64,000 nucleotides of DNA from Eledone cirrhosa. Lineage: Eukaryota. This document shows positions 12,852-25,999 of this stretch, piece after piece. The position numbers and the translations under genes were made by a program. The stretch lies in NCBI GenBank assembly GCA_964016885.1, contig OZ024748.1, forward strand, positions 48,732,001 through 48,796,000, read 5' to 3'. The notes under the pieces were generated by a model. That model searched no databases. It was not told the origin of the DNA and saw only the letters and a program-made list of their open reading frames with translations. Within the stretch, counting starts at the first letter, position 1, and each line of letters opens with the position of its first letter.

Positions 12852-13100
12852 TTTTACGTCCGCCTTTTCCCTGCTTGCAAGGGTGGGATGGGAGCTGATT
12901 CTGGCTTGATTTCTACAGCTGGATGCCCTTCCTAACACCAACCTCATTTACAGTGAGTGCTGGGTGCTTTTTTGCTGCGGCACCTCCACGACCACTTTGC
13001 AATGGAATGATAGGGACCCCAGTCCCTATCATCTCATTTCTACAGCTGAGTAAACTGGAGCAATGTGAAATAAAGTGTCTTGCTCAAGGAAACAAGACAC
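12850..13100 (-). mobile_element. SINE family B (RTE-tailed), 5'-truncated
   Basis: Near-identical to 19573-19820; core CCTTGAGCAAGACACTTTATTTCACATTGCTCCAG joined to an RTE 3' UTR-like tail. Confidence 0.85.
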
Positions 13101-13190
13101 TTTATATATATATAAACAATAAATTTGTTAACAAAGCCAGCAAAATAGAGATCCCCATAGATTCGACCAGTCATTTACTCACTCAATGGG

Positions 13191-13250
<60 letters not shown>

Positions 13251-14597
13251 TTGTTACATATTATACATGGTTTCACATATCCTTTATTGTGAATGATACT
13301 GTATTAGTGCCATTACTAACCTTCTTTGTGAGTACTAGTCTAATAACCACTGATATTTCTACTGCAAACCACACCTGGTGTCTGTAATTCCAATTTATTA
13401 GCCTTCTCAAGTTTGCTTTCACCCAGATTTAATCATTACTCTCTCTCTTACTTTCTCACAATGCTATTTGTTCAATTTCACTGGAAATCTTTAATCTGGA
13501 AATCTCATAGATTTTCCATCTCTCTTGTATGGGTTTTAACCTGAAGAAATGGGTAGATCTTAGAACATTTTAATTTGTTTTCTTGAATAGATTCTTTAAA
13601 CTGAAACATTCTTTTGAGGCCATTAGATGTGAATAATGATGGGACACAGTACTGAATTATTGTGATAACTGTTTGTTGAAAGGAAGTGGTTATTGTTACC
13701 ATGGCAACCTAATCAGAGTTGTTCTATCAATTCTATGCAGCAGATAGAAGTTTAATTCTTAATGCCCTGTACCATATGGAACTGCATTAACTAGACATTC
13801 TTGAAAAGTACGAAACATCACTATGACTGCATCATATTAAAAATTAAAGTCTTTACTTTAATACTGCAAATTTTTACAATTTTCTGTCCAAATAAACATT
13901 TGAATTAACAAACCTGTTTTTAAATATTTTCTGCTAAATCATTACAGGATGTTAAGAGTTAAGAAGCAAATGCTTTGAGTGAAGATAGAAGAGTCCCCTC
14001 CCATATTATTATCCTCATCTTCCTCATTTTCTATGCTGGCTTGGGTTGGACAAGCCATACTGAGTTTGGTGTTACTACCCTCCGAGACAGACCAGAGGAC
14101 CTCGTCATGTTCACGCATTACAACTTTGGCATGGTTTCTAAAGTTGGATGTCCTTCCTAACATCCACAGAATGTACTGGCTACATTTTATTGTGACACCA
14201 GCACTAGAGAGGTAGTTGTATCTTGAACAAGACTAAACAGTCTTTTCTATCCTATGTTTTCTCCATCCAATTGTCACCATTCTACAGAGTTCCTTCTCTA
14301 TAAAAATAATTGGCTGTGTGATGCCATGCCTGAAATATAAGACTGCTTTTCAAATTTGTTTAAAAACGCCAACAAAGAGAGAAGAATGACTGAAAGTACA
14401 TCTGTTACATCAATAATGTTGATTTCTTTGGACTAGTTACAGGACCATAGCTTTTTTTTTTACTATATAGGATTGGAGATTTGTATATATGCATCATCAG
14501 AAACCCATGATGCAGTTGTTCATGGTCCCCGACCCTCACTAATGAGGATAGGAAATGAAGAAGATTATTATTATTATCATTATTATTCATATGGGCA

Positions 14598-14799
14598 GGG
14601 GATTGGCAGTATCAGTAGTGTTGGACAACATGCTTTGCAGCATAGAGTTACGGCCCATTACGTTTGAGTTTAAATCCTGCCAAGATTAGCTTTGCCTTTC
14701 ATCCTTATGGGCTTGATAAAATAAAGCACTGGGGTCGATTTAACCGACTTTCCTCTTCCACAAAAACTGTTTGCCTTGTGCCTAAATCAGAAGCCATCA

Positions 14800-14800
<1 letters not shown>
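14598..14800 (+). mobile_element. SINE family A
   Basis: Head, core and (ATT)n tail all recognisable. Confidence 0.8.
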
Positions 14801-14846
<46 letters not shown>

Positions 14847-15529
14847 TATTTTATTGACCCCCCCAGTGAAATATACAATAACAAAAAAAAAAAAAAAAAA
14901 AATCAACTCTGGTGAAAGATTTTAACTGGAAATCTGGTGAAAGTAAAGTTAATACTGTAATGCAGTATGATTTGGTGGTTTATTGTCTCAGCTAATTCCA
15001 CTAGCATTATGTTAGAGCTGTGATGTTAGAAATTGGTCGTAAATAAGCCAGCTGAATATTTCAGGAATATGTCACTCCATACAACAAGTAGCCATGTTGG
15101 TTTGAATTATAGATATTGGTAGTAATTATAGATATGAAGTGTGTTAAAGGGTGGAGGAGGGGGGGGGGGGCACCAAAACTATCTTTTACTGTCTGTAAGA
15201 TGTTGCTATCACAGCAATTCAGTGTTGTGCTTGAGGCTAGTTATAATTTACCACACTGTTGTATTTACTTGTGTAAGGTGACTTCAAAAAGTTTAATTCA
15301 TTTGGAATAAATTTAAACTTCCTTTGAAATAACCAGTTGTATAGATATAGATATAGATATAGATTAGATTTAGATTTGGAAGAATGGTCAGGTGAAGAAG
15401 ATGGAGTAGATGGGGGGGGGGGAGAATCAGAGAGAAAATGAGAGAAAGATAGGGGGAGAGGTAGAAAGAAACGACAGAGGTGGAGAGAGAGAGAGAAAGG
15501 TAGAAACGTAAAGAGAAAATGAAAGGTAG

Positions 15530-15850
15530 AGAGAGAGAAAGAGAGAGGTAGAGAGATAGAGAAAGAAAGAGGTAGATAGATAGAGAAAGAAAGAGGTAAA
15601 TAGATAGAGAAAGAAAGAGGTAGATAGATAGAGAAAGAAAGAGGTAAATAGATAGAGAAAGAAAGAGGTAAATAGATAGAGAAAGAAAGAGGTAAATAGA
15701 GAAAGAAAGAGGTAAAGAGATAGAGAAAGATAGAGGTAGAGAGATAGAGAAAGAAAGAGGTAGAGAGATAGAGAAAGAAAGAGGTAGAGAGATAGAGAAA
15801 GAAAGAGGTAGAGAGATAGAGAAAGAAAGAGGTAGAGAGATAGAGAAAGA
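15530..15850. repeat. ~24-bp purine-rich minisatellite (GAGAAAGAAAGAGGTAGATAGATA-like)
   Basis: Direct reading. Confidence 0.9.
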
Positions 15851-16004
15851 GTGTAGATGAGGTTGAAAGTAAGATTAGATGAAAAAGAGTTGTCACTTGG
15901 TTCAGAACAAGTGACCAGAGAAGCAAGAGATCTGAAATTACAAGTCTACTGCAATGGCTTCACTTTTCTTATAAACAATACTTTACAGCTTTCTATTCTT
16001 CTTT

Positions 16005-16550
16005 AGTTGTTGATGATGATCATGGTGGTGATGGTGGTGCTGGCGTTGATGGTAGGGATAGTGGTGATGGTGGCGGTGTTGATGGTAGTAATAGTGGTGG
16101 TAGCAGTGGGGATGATGGTGGTAGCGGTAATGGTGGTAGTGTTGGTATTGGTGCTAGTGGTGGTGGTGGTGGTGGTGGTGGTGGGGATGGTGATAGTGAT
16201 CTGATAGTGGTAGTGATGGCGGCGGTGGTGGTGATGGTAGTGGTGGAGATGGTGATAGTGATCTGGTGGTGGCAGTGGTGGTGATGGTAGTGGTGGAGAT
16301 GGTGATAGTGATCTGGTGGTGGCAGTGGTGGTGATGGTAGTGGTGGAGATGGTGATAGTGATCTGGTGGTGGCAGTGGTGGTGATGGTAGTGGTGGAGAT
16401 GGTGATAGTGATCTGGCAGTGGTGGTGATGGTAATGGTGGAGATGGTGATAGTGGTCTGATGGTGGTGGTGATGGCGATGGTAGTGCTGGGGATGGTGAT
16501 GGTCGAGATGAAAGAGGAGATTATGGCGTTGATGGTAGTGATGGTGGTAA
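16005..16550. repeat. (GGT)n-derived array with a ~50-bp higher-order unit at 16225-16460
   Basis: GTGGTGGTGATGGTAGTGGTGGAGATGGTGATAGTGATCTGGTGGTGGCA repeated about 4 times. Confidence 0.9.
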
Positions 16551-16805
16551 TGAGGAAAACAACATCTCTGCTTTTTCTAGCATTAAGAGAGAGAAATCCC
16601 CGGGGTTGGGCAATTATTGTGTCAATTAATGCTGAATTTCACAGACAAGGATTTAGAATCCACTGGAAGCTAAACAAAATGTGCCACATCTTAGTAAAAT
16701 GTACTTACTAATGCTTACTATGTGCTACTACATACACTAAACTGTTGAGTGTTAACTCTTTAGTTTCCTATACTTCTAATAAAATACTTTGCCAATGTCT
16801 TTCAA

Positions 16806-17034
16806 TTAACCCTTTACTATTTACATTACTCTATATATACTATTGTATTTTTATGGTAAAGGCTTTATCTCACATAATTATCTCACATAATATCGAATCT
16901 ATGAGATTTTGACATTATTTATTTTGTAAACAATACCTAAAGATCAGTATGAGTGACTGGTTACAGCCGGTTTGAACAGAAAGAGGTGAGAGAATTCTGG
17001 TCGAATATGGCTGGTTTGAATGCTAAAGGGTTAA
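16806..17034. mobile_element. piggyBac-type MITE, copy 2 (opposite orientation)
   Basis: TTAACCCTTTA ... TGCTAAAGGGTTAA; interior is the reverse complement of 5142-5404. Confidence 0.8.
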
Positions 17035-17235
17035 TATGGAAAATACTCAAGAATTTGCAAGTATTTAGTAAAATAACTAACTTGAGACATGTGGTTAGAA
17101 TATTTAAGGAAAAACATTGCTGGACAGATTCTAGGGGCCAAGCTAACTGGCAGGAGGCCCAGAAGTAGTGCATATGTATAGTTGGATAACATCCATGAGC
17201 TCTGTTGATCTTGCTTGGGATCCAGCTGGAGACAA

Positions 17236-17580
17236 TACATGTTGGTATGTTATGTAATCACCACATGTTGGTATGGTATGTAATCACCAGATGTTGGTAT
17301 GTCATGCAATCACCACATGTTGGTATGTTATGGTATGGCCACACGTTGGTATGTTATGTTATGGCCACACGTTGGTATGTTATGCCATCACCACATGTTG
17401 GTATATGTTATGATCACATGTTGGTATCTTATGCCATCACCACATGTTGGTATATTATGTTATCACTACATCACCACATGTTGATATGTAATCACCACAT
17501 GTTGGTATATTATCACCACATGTTGTAATGGTATAGAATCACCACATGGTAGGATGTTATGTAATCAACACATGTTGGAT
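17236..17580. repeat. Degenerate ~26-bp minisatellite (CACCACATGTTGGTATGTTATGTAAT)
   Basis: About 13 variable units. Confidence 0.85.
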
Positions 17581-18209
17581 GCTGCCACTTCTGCCCGCCC
17601 CAGGTGCCACCTCTACCCACACATACCACACTTGTCTGCCCCTACCACCTGTGATTCACCCTACCACCCAAGGTGCCACCCTACCACCCCTTTTGTCTCC
17701 AACTCAATGGTTGACACTAACTTCTTTATTCCAACTGATCAATACACAACTACATTCTTAACAGATGAAATACTTCTCACAACCTCCCCCCCCTCTTCCC
17801 CATCTCCTTCTCCCTCTCCTCCCCCCTCTCCTCTCCCCTCTTCTTCCCCCTCTCCTCCCCCCTCCTCTCCCCTCTTCTTCCCCCTCCCCCCTCTCCTCTC
17901 CCCTCTTCTTCCCCCTCTCCTCTATCTTCCTCCTTATCCCTCTCCCTATCTCCTTCCTCCCCTCTCTCCTTCCCCTCTCTCTCATCACCTCTATCTCCCT
18001 CCTCCCCTTCCTCTCATCACCTCTCTCCTTCCTCTGCACTCTCCCTCCTCTCCTCTCTCTTCTCTATCTCCCTCCTTATCCTTCTCTCTTCATCTCCTCT
18101 CCCTCCACCTCCCTGTAACCCCTCCACCCTTTGTCATACTGCCCTCCTCCCACCAACATCCAATTCATTTCAATTTTTTAAAAACATATTTTTAAAAATT
18201 GTTGTTATG

Positions 18210-18830
18210 AGGGTGGTGGTGGTGGTGATAGTGGTGGTGGTGGCGGTGGTGGTGATAGTGGTGGTGGTGGCGGTGGTGGTGATAGTGGTGGTGGTGGCGG
18301 TGGTGATGGTGGTGGTAGTGGTGGTGGTGATAGTGGTGGTGGTGATAGTGGCGGTGGTGGTGATAGTGGCGGTGGTGGTGATAGTGGTGATGGTAGTGGT
18401 GATGGTGGTGGTGGTGATAGTGGTGGTGGTGGCGGTGGTGATGGTGGTGGTAGTGGTGGTGGTGATAGTGGTGGTGGTGATAGTGGTGGTGGTGGTGATA
18501 GTGGTGATGGTAGTGGTGATGGTGGTGGTGGTGATAGTGGTGGCGGTGATAGTGGTAGTGGTGATGGTGGTGATAGTGGTGGTGGTGATAGTGATGGTGG
18601 TGGTGATGGTGGTGGTGATGGTGGTGGTGGTGGTGGTGGTGGTAGTGATGGTAGTGGTGGCAGTGGTGGAGGTGATGCTGGTAGTTGGATGATATTTGAG
18701 GTGGTGCTAGCGGTGGTGGTGGTAGTGATGCTAGTGGTAGTGATAGTGGTGTCGGTAGTGGTGTCAGTGGCATTGGTGATGGTGATGGCAGTGGTGATGG
18801 TGGCAGTGATGGTGATGGTGGTGGTGGTGG
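18210..18830. repeat. (GGT)n-type array
   Basis: Direct reading. Confidence 0.95.
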
Positions 18831-19025
18831 TAAATTCTCCATTTTTCTCACCTTAAATATATTCACACTTGCTAATTGTTTCAATAATGGCAGGCTGGCT
18901 TTCTCATAGAGCCAAAAATCATTTAATTTACTGTAAAGTCCTTAATACTTGAATGGTAGTGACAGGGTGGGAGGGTGGGGGGAGGGAGAGAAAGAGAGGA
19001 CAAAAGAGAATGGTAGAGACAGGAT

Positions 19026-19059
<34 letters not shown>

Positions 19060-19098
19060 CACACATACATACACATATATATCTATATATATATAGTA

Positions 19099-20396
19099 CT
19101 AGCAGAATGGCCCGGCGTTGCTCGGGCTTCTAAACATAGATTGGCATGTTTATCCCTCCTTTCTGAAACAGTACAGTGAAGTATGGAATACCTCGGCCTG
19201 GGGATGGTGTCTACATTTTGTGCTTAAGCAAATAATTTTCCATTAATATTTTTTAAAAGCATGTAATTGCATTCCCTCTCTTTTTTGTTGTTGTTTTAAT
19301 GCTGCTGTTTGTGTGATAGCAGCCGTTGGTCGTACTACTAACACAGTCTCATCCTTCTTCTGCCAATCGTCAGTGATGCATGTGATTTCCGAACCATTGA
19401 CTATGTAATTGCTGGCCTTGTGCCAAAAGTAGTGGGACTTTTTGGGTGGCATATTGGCAGTAACAATGACGATAAGCTGTCTGTGCTTTCGTGAAATAAA
19501 TACATTTGTTTATATTTTGTTTTTGTGTATGCAAAAATATCTGTACATGAATATATAATTATATATATATATTTTTTTACGTCTGCTTTTCCCTGTTTGC
19601 AAGGGTGGGCCAGGAACTGATTCTGGCTTAATTTCTACAGCTGGATGTCCTTCCTAACACCAACCTCATTTACAGTGAGTACTGGGTGCTTTTTTTGCCG
19701 TGGCACCTCCACGACCACTTCGCAGTGGAATGATATGGACCCCAGTCCCTATCATCTCATTTCTACACCTGAGTAAACTGGAGCAATGTGAAATAAAGTG
19801 TCTTGCTCAAGGCAACAACACATCACCCGGTCTGAGAATTGAACTCACAACCTTTCGATTGCAAGGCCAATGCTCTAACCACTAAAATAACAGATTAAAG
19901 TTTAAGCAAAGAATCACTGCTTTCACCCTTAACGGGATCTTCTGAAACTAAAAAAATCAATCTGTGAACGCAGAAGTAAATATTTCGAAAAACGTTGCAA
20001 CCGAAGGAAAACAGGAAAACGATACTTTGGTTCGTGAAGACGTTCCCTGGCAATGAAGGGAAAACAGTGAAGGTAATACGTCAGCAATGAGAACAATGTT
20101 TTCATAATGTCGTAATGCAGACAGCCAAACATAGAGACAGATATTATAAGGGAGCGACCTTATAGCTATGTATCTATCTAAAAAGACAGACTAAGAAAGA
20201 GAAAGAGAGATCGCTAACTGGCGCCTAACACCCCTTTAACAACAGAAAATTGAAAAATAAAAGCTGCAGTTAATATCTTTAGACCACAAGGAATATATAA
20301 ATGCAAGTTTGAAGTCAATCGGAGTAGAAATGTGGATTTGTATAGACTTTGCAAAAATTAGGACACACACACACAGACAATTTCAGTTTTATATAC
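19099..20396 (-). mobile_element. Non-autonomous Helitron-like element, copy 2, with nested SINE
   Basis: Minus strand ends GCCCGAGCAACGCCGGGC (hairpin)-CATTCTG-CTAG|T, the Helitron 3' signature; termini shared with 8135-8896. Confidence 0.72.
19573..19886 (-). mobile_element. SINE family B (tRNA head, core, RTE tail)
   Basis: Minus: TAGTGGTTAGAGCATTGG ... GAGTTCAATTC head, core, then GGTGTTAGGAAGGACATCCAGCTGTAGAAA as in the RTE 3' UTR at ~7687-7716. Confidence 0.88.
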
Positions 20397-20626
20397 AAAT
20401 ATATGCAAATATATATATATAAATATATGTACACACACATATACAGAGATAGAGAGAGAAATAGACAGATAGATAGACAACTCTAAAAGAAACAATAATG
20501 ATTGATACAGTTAATTTCTGCAAAGCATTTTGAGTTTATACGTGTGTGTGCGCGTGCGTGTGTGCGTGTGTAGCTTTTGAGAAATAATGAGTTTTTACCA
20601 GATTAAATGATTCTTATTTAGCTTTA

Positions 20627-21730
20627 TAGGGCATCTGACAATTTTTCTCTAAGTATTAGTCAAGTGGTTCAGATAATTCTGGTTATATATATATATGTAT
20701 ATGTGTCTTCATAAATTTCTAGTTTTGTTGATAATCCTGATTTGAAATTTATTTTTTACTTATTTGTTCATTCATTCATTATTTATTTATTGAGTTATAT
20801 TATTATTATTATTATTATTATTATTGTTGTTGTTGTTTTGAAGCAGTGGCTTATAGTTAGTGCCTGGATAACATTTAATCTCAGTAAAATATATTAACCG
20901 ATGACTGTTGCAATATGTGTTAGTGTCTATGTGTATGTGTGTATATATAAATGTGTATGTGCATATGTCAATGTCTGTGTGTGTCTGTGTGTGTGTAAAG
21001 AAGTTGGTTGACTTAAGAAACATCGGTAAAATTTGAAATATGTTTGTCCCGACATAAATAACCAACAATTTTGTGGAAGGGAAAAACCCTTCGGAGGCAC
21101 CCCATTGTGGCCGCTTGTATTTGTGATCATATTTTTTTCAGTCATTACCCAAGATTCCTGACCTTAGGTAGTGGTTGGCGCAAATACCGAATTGATGATA
21201 TATAATTGGCAGAATTATTAGAATGTCAGATTGAATGCGGTATTTGTTTTGGCTCTGTGTGCTCTCTAACATTGAATCCGCCAAGGTCAACTTTGCCTTT
21301 CATCCATTTGAGGTTGATAAAAATAGTACTGGAGTCGGTTCTTCCTCTGTATCTCTTTCACACTTCCTCTCTCTCATTTTTTATCTTTCTCTGGAAGAAA
21401 TCTGCTGTACTCAGACCTGGTGAGGAAATGGGGTCTGCCAGGTTTTTAAAAGTAGCCAAAAAACACTGTTAGTCAATACTGCACCCCTACGACTCCACCA
21501 GGATTTACGGGATCATGCATGCAAATATATAAACCTTATGAATTATTGGAGTGTTGTTGAGTGATTTGAAATTTGAAAATGTGGGGATCCCAAATGCAGA
21601 AAGCAACTATAATAACAGTCAATCTGTATAAATAATAGCTAGAAAAATGGGTAATATACCCCTGAAGATGGAAAAATATTGACCAACCACTGCTATTGAG
21701 AACTGACCAACATATCTCTTGAATACAGTG

Positions 21731-21784
<54 letters not shown>

Positions 21785-21835
21785 CATCAGACAATTTTTC
21801 TCTAAGTATTAGTCAAGTGGTTCAGATACTTCTGG

Positions 21836-21877
<42 letters not shown>

Positions 21878-22240
21878 GAAAGGTATAGAAAACATTGTAG
21901 CAAAAAGCCAATATATATTTATATATATATATATATGTCTTTATAAATTTCTAGTTTTGTTTATAATCCTCATTTGAAATCTATTTTTTACTTATTTGTT
22001 CATTCATTCGTTATTTATTTATTGAGTTATTATTATTATTGTTATTGTTATTCTTGTTGTTGTTGTTTTATATTTTTTTGAAGCAGTGGCTTATAGTTAG
22101 TGCCTGTATAACATTTAATTTCAGTAAAATATGTTAAACAATGACTTGCAATATGTGTTAGTGTGTATGTGTGTATATATAAATGTGTATGTGCATATGT
22201 CAATATATGTGCGTTTGTGTAAAGAAGTTGGTCAACTTTG
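20627..22240 (+). repeat. Local direct duplication (~20627-21012 and ~21781-22240)
   Basis: Both start TAGGGCATC.GACAATTTTTCTCTAAGTATTAGTCAAGTGG and end GTGTAAAGAAGTTGGT. Confidence 0.85.
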
Positions 22241-22734
22241 CTTATCATCTGGGATTGCTAAAACAACATACCAGTCAATTTTTGGCCTTGTGCTTATGTT
22301 ATAAATTCATATTCAGGTTGGATATCTTAAATCCAGCCATCTTGGTACCAGACATTCCTCCTGACCAGGGAAGAAAACACAAATCAACCCGCAAAAGGGA
22401 TTTACTATGTAAACATAGCCATACTACCTCATTCCACATATATATCAATGTCTTATTAAAGCTAGAAATAATTGTTTCCAATATAGGGACAAGGATACCA
22501 ATTATTATTATTTTTATTTTTTGGAGTGGGGGAATTAAATAAATAACTAAAAGATCAAATGCAAAGGTAGACAATACAACTTTTCATCACAGCATCCATA
22601 ATTATCTCCCCTTCTGTATTATGCTATTTCTATACCTTAAGAAAAAAAAAAAAAAATGGTCAAGCTGAACAGAAAGACTTAAAATTGTGCAGTATGTCTG
22701 CCCACTACTACTGAAGACGGTTACTTCAATTGTA

Positions 22735-23110
22735 GTAATAATTATCCCTGATGGAATTACCCTCTTACCATTCGAAGGAAGTAGCTCCCTCATGTGGGAT
22801 GTCACATGTTGTGACACATTCTCTGTCTCCAACTTAGTTGCTTTGGCCATGAACCCCGGTACTGCAGTCCGCTATGCAGAGGAAAGGAAGACAAACAAAT
22901 ACCGAGGATTGCTTGGTCGCATCCTCTTCGCACCGGTCACCATCGAGACCTCAAGCGACTTGGACCCCGCACTGTCGAGCTCCTCTGGAAGATCAGAATG
23001 TCAACAGCCCGCCCGAGGAGGGAGCCTCGCGAGGTGGGGGTAGCTGTCGCAGCGGGTGCTGTTGGCCATTGTCCAGAAATGCTTTGCCACTCTTTACCGT
23101 GAAGCGGAGC
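22735..23110 (+). mobile_element. CRE-like non-LTR element, endonuclease fragment
   Basis: PDGITLLPFEGSSSLMWDVTCCDT...AEERKTNKY...FAPVTIETS, then after a frameshift RREPRE...LSQRVLLAIV; resembles the CRE-clade restriction-like endonuclease. Confidence 0.75.
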
Positions 23111-24139
23111 CCCAACACCGATGTGCCCTAGCCCCCCTCTCCCATTCTTCTGTGACCCCAGAGCCATTGCCTTTCCCCTCATTTTCCGTTTTGAAATATC
23201 TGTAGTTTTGTTATTTAAAATAGATTTGTTTATGATTAAAAAAACTAAATATATCTATCGCTACATTAGACTAATATAGACAGGTTACCACTGACAGAAC
23301 CACCAACCACCAACCATTAGTCTAGTATTGTATGTAGGTCAGCAGGCTGGGTTAGTGCTCTTTTGTTGTTGTTGTTGTTGTTGTTAGTGATGTTTTGACT
23401 GGTGGGAGAGGACACATTAGTCATTCATTCATTTATCTATTCATTTATCCACCCTTTCTTATGTCTGTCTTTTCATGACAAAACCACAGTTTACATGGAT
23501 GATCTGCTTCAATACACACACGCACCCACCCCCACCCACCCCCACTCTCACCCACATACACCCACCCACATACACCCACTCACAAACACACACACACTCT
23601 CTCTCTCTCTCTCTCTATGAGGAGTGAGTGTGTGTGTGAGGAGTGAGTGTCAGGTGTGTGAGGAGTGAGTGTGTATGTGTGTGAAGAGTGAGTGTGTATG
23701 TGTGTGTGTGAGGAGTGTATGTGTGTGTGTGAGGAGTGAGTGTATGTGTGTGTGAGGTGTGTGTGCCTGAGGTGTGTGAGGAGTGAGTGTGTATATGTGT
23801 GTGTAAAGGTAAAGATATTTCCAGATAAAAGCCAGCTAATTTCATTTACTTTTTCATTGTTTATGATAAAAAGAAGGGCAGTAGCCCCTCAAAGAGATTT
23901 GGTGGGAGGGAGTTTGGAAGGTAGTGAAGGTGTTGTTAAACCTAACACCTGGCTCAAGTACTTGCAACAGATTGGACACCATTAAAGGTTCCCAAATGGC
24001 AGGTAGCAACATCAAACTAGGTGACAGATTAAATTTAACATTCAAGTAGGCCTCAGTTAAATTTAAACAGTGCAAAATGATAGAACAACCACTGTAAAGC
24101 ATCTTAGCTGATGATTTAACAATTCTGTCTATCCACCAC

Positions 24140-24400
24140 ACCTAACAGGATTCTCTCTTCTTTGTCTACTTATTCCTGGGAGAGTTGTGGTGGTAGAGTG
24201 CTCAAGCACACCTTTTGATCCTGTCAGAAATAACTTTCTTGGAGCTCATGGATGTTATCCAACCATCATACTTGGGGGTCTACTTTTGGATCTCCTGCCA
24301 ACTGTCTTTTGCTCATGAAATCTGTTGAGCGATTCTTTCCTGAGACATTCTGACCACATGTCCAAAGTATCAGAGCTGTAATCTCTCAATTTCACTCTGG
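24140..24400 (-). mobile_element. RTE-like LINE 3' ORF fragment (second family)
   Basis: Homologous to 52760-53020 (+) and ~17085-17235 (+): FGHVVRMS...WLDNIHEL. Confidence 0.65.
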
Positions 24401-24546
24401 AAATATAAAATGTAAATTTGCCCTTGCTGGGGTTTGAACTCAGAACACTTCAATAAATACTGGAAACAATTTTGTCTGGTGCTCTAAAATTTCTGCCAAT
24501 TCACCACTTTAAAAAAAAAAAAATTCACTTCAAACACTTAAGTTCC

Positions 24547-24710
24547 TGCAACTGGTTCAGCTAGTTGTTGGGGTGCCACACTAGATGTACAACTGGTGCA
24601 CCCAGTTGTTGGGGTGCCACACTAGATGTGCAACTAATGCAGCCAGTTGTTGAAGTGTCACACTAGATGTGCAACTGGTGCAGCCAGTTGTTGGGGGTCA
24701 CATTAGTTGC
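24547..24710. repeat. 41-bp tandem repeat, about 4 units
   Basis: TGCAACTGGTGCAGCCAGTTGTTGGGGTGCCACACTAGATG. Confidence 0.88.
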
Positions 24711-24739
24711 TTTCATAGTTAACTGTCAACACGGGTCTC

Positions 24740-24960
24740 TATTCTCTGTCTTGTGTAGACAGGTCTTGGAGTTGTAACCAGTCTAGTTTTTGATGTTGTC
24801 ACACCTGGATTTTCTTTGTTTCCCTCTTCTTCACCCTCCCTTTACTGTACCCTGAAGGATGGTTTTAGACAGGGAGTTGTTGCAGGATACATGACCATTC
24901 CAGGTAAGCACCTGTCTTTTCACCATTGCAAGGTGTGGTTTCTGTTTGCCAACATATTTG
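24740..24960 (-). mobile_element. RTE-like LINE 3' ORF fragment (third family)
   Basis: WNGHVS..NSLSKTILQGTVKGG*RRGKQRKS..DNIK; related pieces at ~58470-58640 and 59207-59440 (+). Confidence 0.7.
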
Positions 24961-25034
24961 TTATCCTGACAAAACTGTTTCTATTGTGCTTTGTATATGG
25001 AGTGTGTAGCTTAAATAAAGCTAAAAGGTCATTT

Positions 25035-25223
25035 ACTATATATACTTGAATAGAAGCCAAGAAATATGTGACCAAAAAATCAATGGTAAAATGGGAGGAT
25101 GGTTTATAAATGCCATCTAAACAATGTGTTATTTGGCTGCCTCGGCTTATAAACAGGGTTTTGATTTTTGCCTATTTCTCAGACATATAGAGGCGTCGGC
25201 TTATATTCAAATATATATGGTAA
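25035..25223. mobile_element. Tc1/mariner-pogo-type MITE
   Basis: Imperfect ~25-bp TIRs TACTATATATACTTGAATAGAAGCC / GGCTTATATTCAAATATATATGGTA with TA ends; a related short copy at ~58944-59028. Confidence 0.6.
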
Positions 25224-25999
25224 TTTTATTTATTTATATTTTTTTTTCAAAGAAGATAAAATTTCTTATAATCTCTATTTTTCTAAGTCATTGTTATTTG
25301 ATATTTCTAAATTTCCATTGACCTGTATTTAACATGTGCAACATGGGATAAGTACTAACATTATAAAAGATAAGTTCTCCACAGACTAAGACAAAGCCAC
25401 AACCTATTTCAATTTACACTCTCAATAAACCCTTTACCAAAGTATCAACTCTGTCATCTATTTATGGATACTTATGTTTATAGAAAAGCAAGGCTGTTGA
25501 TTCCAGTTATCTTACTTGAGATAAAATAAGAATAGTCATTTCTTTCATTGACGCTAAACCCTGGATATTGAGACAAAGAGACATATAAGGTTGTGATGTT
25601 CAGACTTTTAAAAAAATTTCCTCTAAAACAGTGATTCCCAATGTGAGGCACATGCCCACGGGGAGGAGGCAATTTGAATATTTTAGGGATGTTAATGAGA
25701 ACAATCTTCAGATTTTACCTTATTACTTTTACACTAAGGCAACTTTGGTACACATTATTGTCAGAAACTCCTGTCTCACCTCCTCCACACATGTTATTGT
25801 ACATCTGGCACCATCTATATACCAATTTGTTTATACTTTGCAGTTGATAATTGCTGTTTCTTTTAAAAGCATCATTACTTGTTTAACTGAAAAGCAGTGA
25901 AATAGTTGTCTTCCACGTAGTTACCAAATCTACCAAGACTTATTCTACCTTTCTGGAATAACATATTTAATGATAAAACACAGGATTATTATTGTTCTT

